Source: Octopus vulgaris (taxonomy: Eukaryota). From it: a DNA stretch of 64,000 bases. Location of the stretch: the NCBI GenBank assembly GCA_951406725.2, contig OX597836.1, positions 46,872,001 through 46,936,000 of the forward strand, written 5' to 3'. Both the position numbers and the translations under genes were made by a program. The notes under the pieces are model-generated. The model ran no database searches. It saw only the letters and a list, made by a program, of their open reading frames with translations, and had not been told where the DNA came from. The number at the start of each line of letters is the position of its first letter. The stretch's first letter is position 1. This document shows, piece by piece, positions 60,035 through 64,000 of the stretch.

Positions 60035-60139
60035 CTAGAAATAGGTTGCTCTGAAGTAGAGAGTAATGCCCATATGTGTTAGAAAGATCGATTGATCTCT
60101 TCCGTCCTTGTCAAGGGGAGTGCTAACCGTCTCTCCTTT
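60035..60139 (-). pseudogene. U6atac: U6atac minor-spliceosome snRNA retrocopy, 5'-truncated
   Basis: Minus strand AAAGGAGAGAcGGUUAGCACUCCCCUUGACAAGGAcGGAAGAG...GGCAUU...CUACUUC matches the conserved U6atac 5' domain (AAGGAGAG box, AGC triad, ISL); followed by an A tract. Confidence 0.88.
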
Positions 60140-60724
60140 TTTGGTTCAATAGTTTATGATAGATAACACCCTTCATATCTCACCAAACACAGAGCAAAAT
60201 TTTTTGCGAATAGAGTCTGGGAATAGAATCTCCCCTTTTCATTGGGTGCCAGCAACTGTCGTATTCGTTGGATATGATTATAAGCGACTCACATTCCCTC
60301 ACTAAAGGTTTGGTAGTAAGTCCGCTCTTCAATGACCAACTAAGGGCGACACTCTAAGTCAAGAAACCGTCAGATGATGAAGGACCTACAGGACAGGAGT
60401 AGACATTATTAGTTGTTTATGAGGGTGTTTTATATTTTGCTAATTCTTAAGCAGTTTGGTTTGGATTTTCCTCAACTACTGCTCTTAGAAGCTCGATATT
60501 AACGACACTTGATCATCGGAAAACAGCGAGTGAAAAATTTTCCAGGCGAAACTAGCCAATCCCTCATTAGCATATCCAGACACAGTAATGTTTATTTCCG
60601 TAGAAGGAATATTCCTTACAGCTTCCATTGTTGAAAAGCCCCTTTTTAATTCATACAACATGCAGTGTCGCGTGTGGTTCTGATTTAAACTAACTTTAAA
60701 AGGTAGAATCCAAACGCGAATTAG

Positions 60725-60763
<39 letters not shown>

Positions 60764-60866
60764 TAATTAGGGTTCAGCAAAGATTTGCTTTACCACATAC
60801 CAAACTTTAGAAATAGCAGCCAAAGAACCTTAGCTGTTTGTTCTACTATAAGAAGAGGCTCCCGAC

Positions 60867-60925
<59 letters not shown>

Positions 60926-60996
60926 TAGATAGATAGATAGCTAGATAGATAGATACATAGATAGATACATAGATACATAGATAGATACATAGATAC

Positions 60997-61032
<36 letters not shown>

Positions 61033-61089
61033 ATATGTGTGTGTGTATTTACATACACACACATACACACACACGCACACACATGTATG

Positions 61090-61123
<34 letters not shown>

Positions 61124-61308
61124 TACATATATACATACACACACACACACACATATCGTTTGTAGAAATACATAAATCCGGAGGAGATCACGCTCTAAGA
61201 TGTAGAGCAGTCCATAGTCCATATTATAGTGGGGTAGGCCGGTTTATGGGGTTACCCTACTATAATATATATATATATCATTAATTAAATATATTCTGTT
61301 AGAATATT

Positions 61309-61400
61309 ATTCACTGACGAGCGGAAGTATTGTCTGTCAATGTGTATTAACAGTGGATTCCATTATAATGAGAGTCCTTTACGTGAAACGATCGTAAGAT
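61309..61400 (+). ncRNA. Hammerhead motif with long stem II and eroded stem I
   Basis: CUGACGA GCG...CGU GAAA CGAUCG UA^; palindromic stem III ACGAUCGU. Confidence 0.5.
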
Positions 61401-61439
61401 ACATTGATTAACACATTTTTAAGGTGTCGTGTTTCATTC

Positions 61440-62083
61440 TCTTTCTCTTTTCTCTTTTACTTGTTTCAGTCATTTGACTGCGGCCATGCTGGAGCATCGC
61501 CTTTAGTCGATCAAATCGACCCCGGAACTTATTCTTTGTAAGCCCAGTACTTATTCTATCGGTCTCTTTTGCCGAACCGCTAAGTGGCGGGGACGTAGAC
61601 ACACCAGCATCGGTTGTCAAGCGATGCTAGGGGGACAAACACAGACACACAAACACACACACACACACATATATATATATACATATATGCGACAGGCTTC
61701 TTTCAGTTTCCGTCTACCAAATCCACTCACAAGGCATTGGTCGGCCCGGGGCTGTAGCAGAAGACACTTGCCCAAGATGCCACGCAGTGGGACTGAACCC
61801 GCAACCATGAGGTTCGTTAGCAAGCTACTTATCACACAGCCACTCCTTTATTTCTTTTCTTTCTTTCTTTTTTTACTTATTTCAGTCATTTGACTGCGGC
61901 CATGCTGGAGCACCGCCTTTAGTCGAGCAGATCGACCCCGGGACTTATTCTTTGTAAGCCCAGTACTTATTCTATCGGTCTCTTTTTGCCGAACTGCTAA
62001 GTGACGGGGACGTAAACACACAAGCATCGGTTGTCAAGCAATGCTAGGGGGACAAACACAGACACACAAACATATACACACAC

Positions 62084-62141
<58 letters not shown>

Positions 62142-62307
62142 TACAACAGGCTTCTTTCAGTTTCCGAATACCAAATCCACTCACAAGGCATTGGTCGGTC
62201 CGGGGCTATAGCAGAAGACACTTGCCCAAGATGCCACGCAGTGGGACTGAACCCGGAACCATGTGGTTGGTTAGCAAGCTACTTACCACACAGCCACTCC
62301 TGCGCCT
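61440..62307 (-). mobile_element. Two tandem SINE family A copies (61440-61848; 61862-62307)
   Basis: RC of full family A, twice. Confidence 0.92.
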
Positions 62308-62414
62308 ATATATATTTTAAATACAATACTATTTTAGTCATATATATTTCGTGCGGAATTGAATTTCATGGTATTATTTCAAGATACAGTGTGTGTGTGT
62401 ATGTATATATATAT

Positions 62415-62469
62415 TGAAGCAGCTTGTTTCGCAAGGTTCCTAACAAGAACCAGACTACTTCAGGCTTCA
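62415..62469 (-). ncRNA. Degenerate hammerhead relic next to (TA)n
   Basis: UGAAGC CUGAAGUA GUCUGGUUCU..AGGAACCUUGC GAAA CAAG CU GCUUCA: perfect 6-bp stem I, two core substitutions. Confidence 0.4.
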
Positions 62470-63041
62470 GGAATGTCGAAAGGAGAGATGTAGGAAGTCG
62501 GAGATGGATATCGGAAGACAGACTGCAATTGATTTAGGAGGGTCGCGTGCTATTGTAGGGAATAAGTGCCCCTTTCTTTCGTTTCTCTACTCACTCGTAT
62601 GTACACACACACACACACACACATAATGCGAGTACATGCGTGTGTGTGTGTGTGCGTGTGTGTGCGTGCGCGTGTGCGTGTGCGTGTGTGTGAGGTGGCC
62701 TATTCGTCGGTGCATAGAATGCTATGGGATAGTCCTTCCGGATCTCTACACTCAGCTCAATCTTCAACGATAACAATTTTGACTCTTTGCCTTTCCGAAG
62801 AAATCAGCGATTGGTCACTCCTGGACAGAGATGAGTTTGACCAGGTTTAAAACTGTTCAGTACACAACGAAGTTCACGATGTCACCTCTGCGTCACCACC
62901 AGAATTTATGAGTCTAAGGCATATATGACCGAGATGGCCACGGATGGAATGTTTTGTACATGTATTTTCACGATCGAGATTCACTTGTGTCTAAATAACG
63001 ACAGCAACAGCAACAACAACAGCATCAGCAGCAGCAACAGT

Positions 63042-63410
63042 GGAGGCGCAATGGCCCAGTGGTTAGGGCAGCGGACTCGTGGTCGAAGGATAGCGGTTTC
63101 GATTCCCAGACCGGGCGTTGTGTGTGTTTATTGAGCGAAAACACCTGAAGTTCCACGAGGCTCCGGCAGGGGGTGGTGGCGACCCCTGTTGTACTCTTTC
63201 GCCCCAACTTTCTCTCACTCTTTCTTCCTGTTCTTTGTCCCCGACTTCCTATGCAACCGCTGAGCCTGGATGCGCATTCATCCATCCATGTCGATGCTCT
63301 TGGTGTCGGGAGTTGACCTGCTTTCCCTTCTTACGAATAGTAAAGGACCACGTTTCGGACTTCTCCCACTGGGACGAAGACCGCTTCGCTCAACAAACAA
63401 ATAAACAAAC
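63042..63410 (+). mobile_element. SINE family C with a third type of 3' region
   Basis: A box tggcccagtgg, B box ggtttcgattcc, (CAAA)n tail. Confidence 0.85.
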
Positions 63411-63519
63411 TAAAGCAGCAGCAGCAAAAGCACTAATTCCAATAATGTATTTAAGCAGACATTTTTCTCTGTGAAATATTTTGTTTATTTTTATAATTTA
63501 TTTCTCGTTTCTGAAATAA

Positions 63520-64000
63520 TGACTTCAAATTTTGACATACGGCCAGCAATTTCTGAAGAGGTGCTAAGTCGATTATATCGACCCTAGTGTTCAACTGGTA
63601 TTTCTTTTGTCGATTCTGAAAAGATGAAAGGCAAAGTCGACTTGAGCGGAATTTGAACTCAGAACGTGTAGATGGACGAAATGCGCCAAGCATTTTGCTC
63701 CAGATGCTAACGGTTCTGCCAGCTTGCAGTTTTATCTTATCTCTGAAATAATCCTTTCTATTATAGGCACAAGGCCTGAAATTTTGGAGAAGGGAGATAA
63801 TCAACTACATTGACCTCAGTGCGTAACTGGTACTTATTTTTATCGACCCCGAAAAGATGGAAGACAGAGTCGACCTCGGCAGAATTTGAACTCAGACGTA
63901 ATGCTGCCGAGCGTTTTGCCTGGCATGCTACCGATTCTACCAACTCGCGCTTTATCTTGTTTCTGAGACATTGGTTTCAAATATTGGCACAGGACCAGCA
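63520..64000 (-). mobile_element. Cluster of older SINE family B copies
   Basis: RC core tcgacccc.gaaa.gatg.aag.ca.agtcgac at ~63610 and ~63845; another tail starts at ~63970. Confidence 0.8.

Larger units (their letters stand above)
58385..60700 (-). mobile_element. Decayed Mos1-like mariner with internal minisatellite and retro-insertions
   Basis: HTRHCMLYELKRG..EAVRNI (~60615-60677); KILLCVW*DMKGVIYH; LLNLNETVNVEKY; KHPSLVNHRGVLF; FFASKSEEFYSLGISRLLNRWDYV; TIR-like taaggttggaaagaaagt. Confidence 0.8.

Overview
AT-rich, microsatellite-saturated eukaryotic intronic or intergenic DNA. The tRNA-derived SINE families and the density of (TA)n/(CA)n/(TATG)n repeats look like an Octopus (cephalopod) genome (inference). 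No host protein-coding gene can be called with confidence, and almost all long ORFs in the track are simple-repeat artefacts. The window is a nested mosaic of transposons: three abundant SINE families plus a CORE-type SINE; a near-complete DD34D mariner (19598-20889) and other decayed mariners; a pogo/Tigger relic; a SPIN/Charlie-type hAT carrying an RTE LINE and itself inside a mariner; CR1/L2-group and RTE fragments; a decayed Penelope-like element (RT + GIY-YIG); a non-autonomous Helitron; foldback MITEs; and a ~7 kb (TA)n array. Main unexpected signals: (1) about a dozen type I hammerhead-ribozyme (HHR) motifs, several with intact cores, in short non-coding elements often embedded in (TA)n tracts, with one sibling copy starting exactly at the predicted self-cleavage site; (2) a U6atac snRNA-poly(A)-SINE chimeric retrocopy inside one 15-bp target-site duplication (TSD); (3) head-to-tail SINE multimers under a single TSD; (4) a SINE sharing its 3' tail with a LINE; (5) a 36x21-bp in-frame expansion inside a mariner transposase. 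All calls were made by eye; no searches were run.
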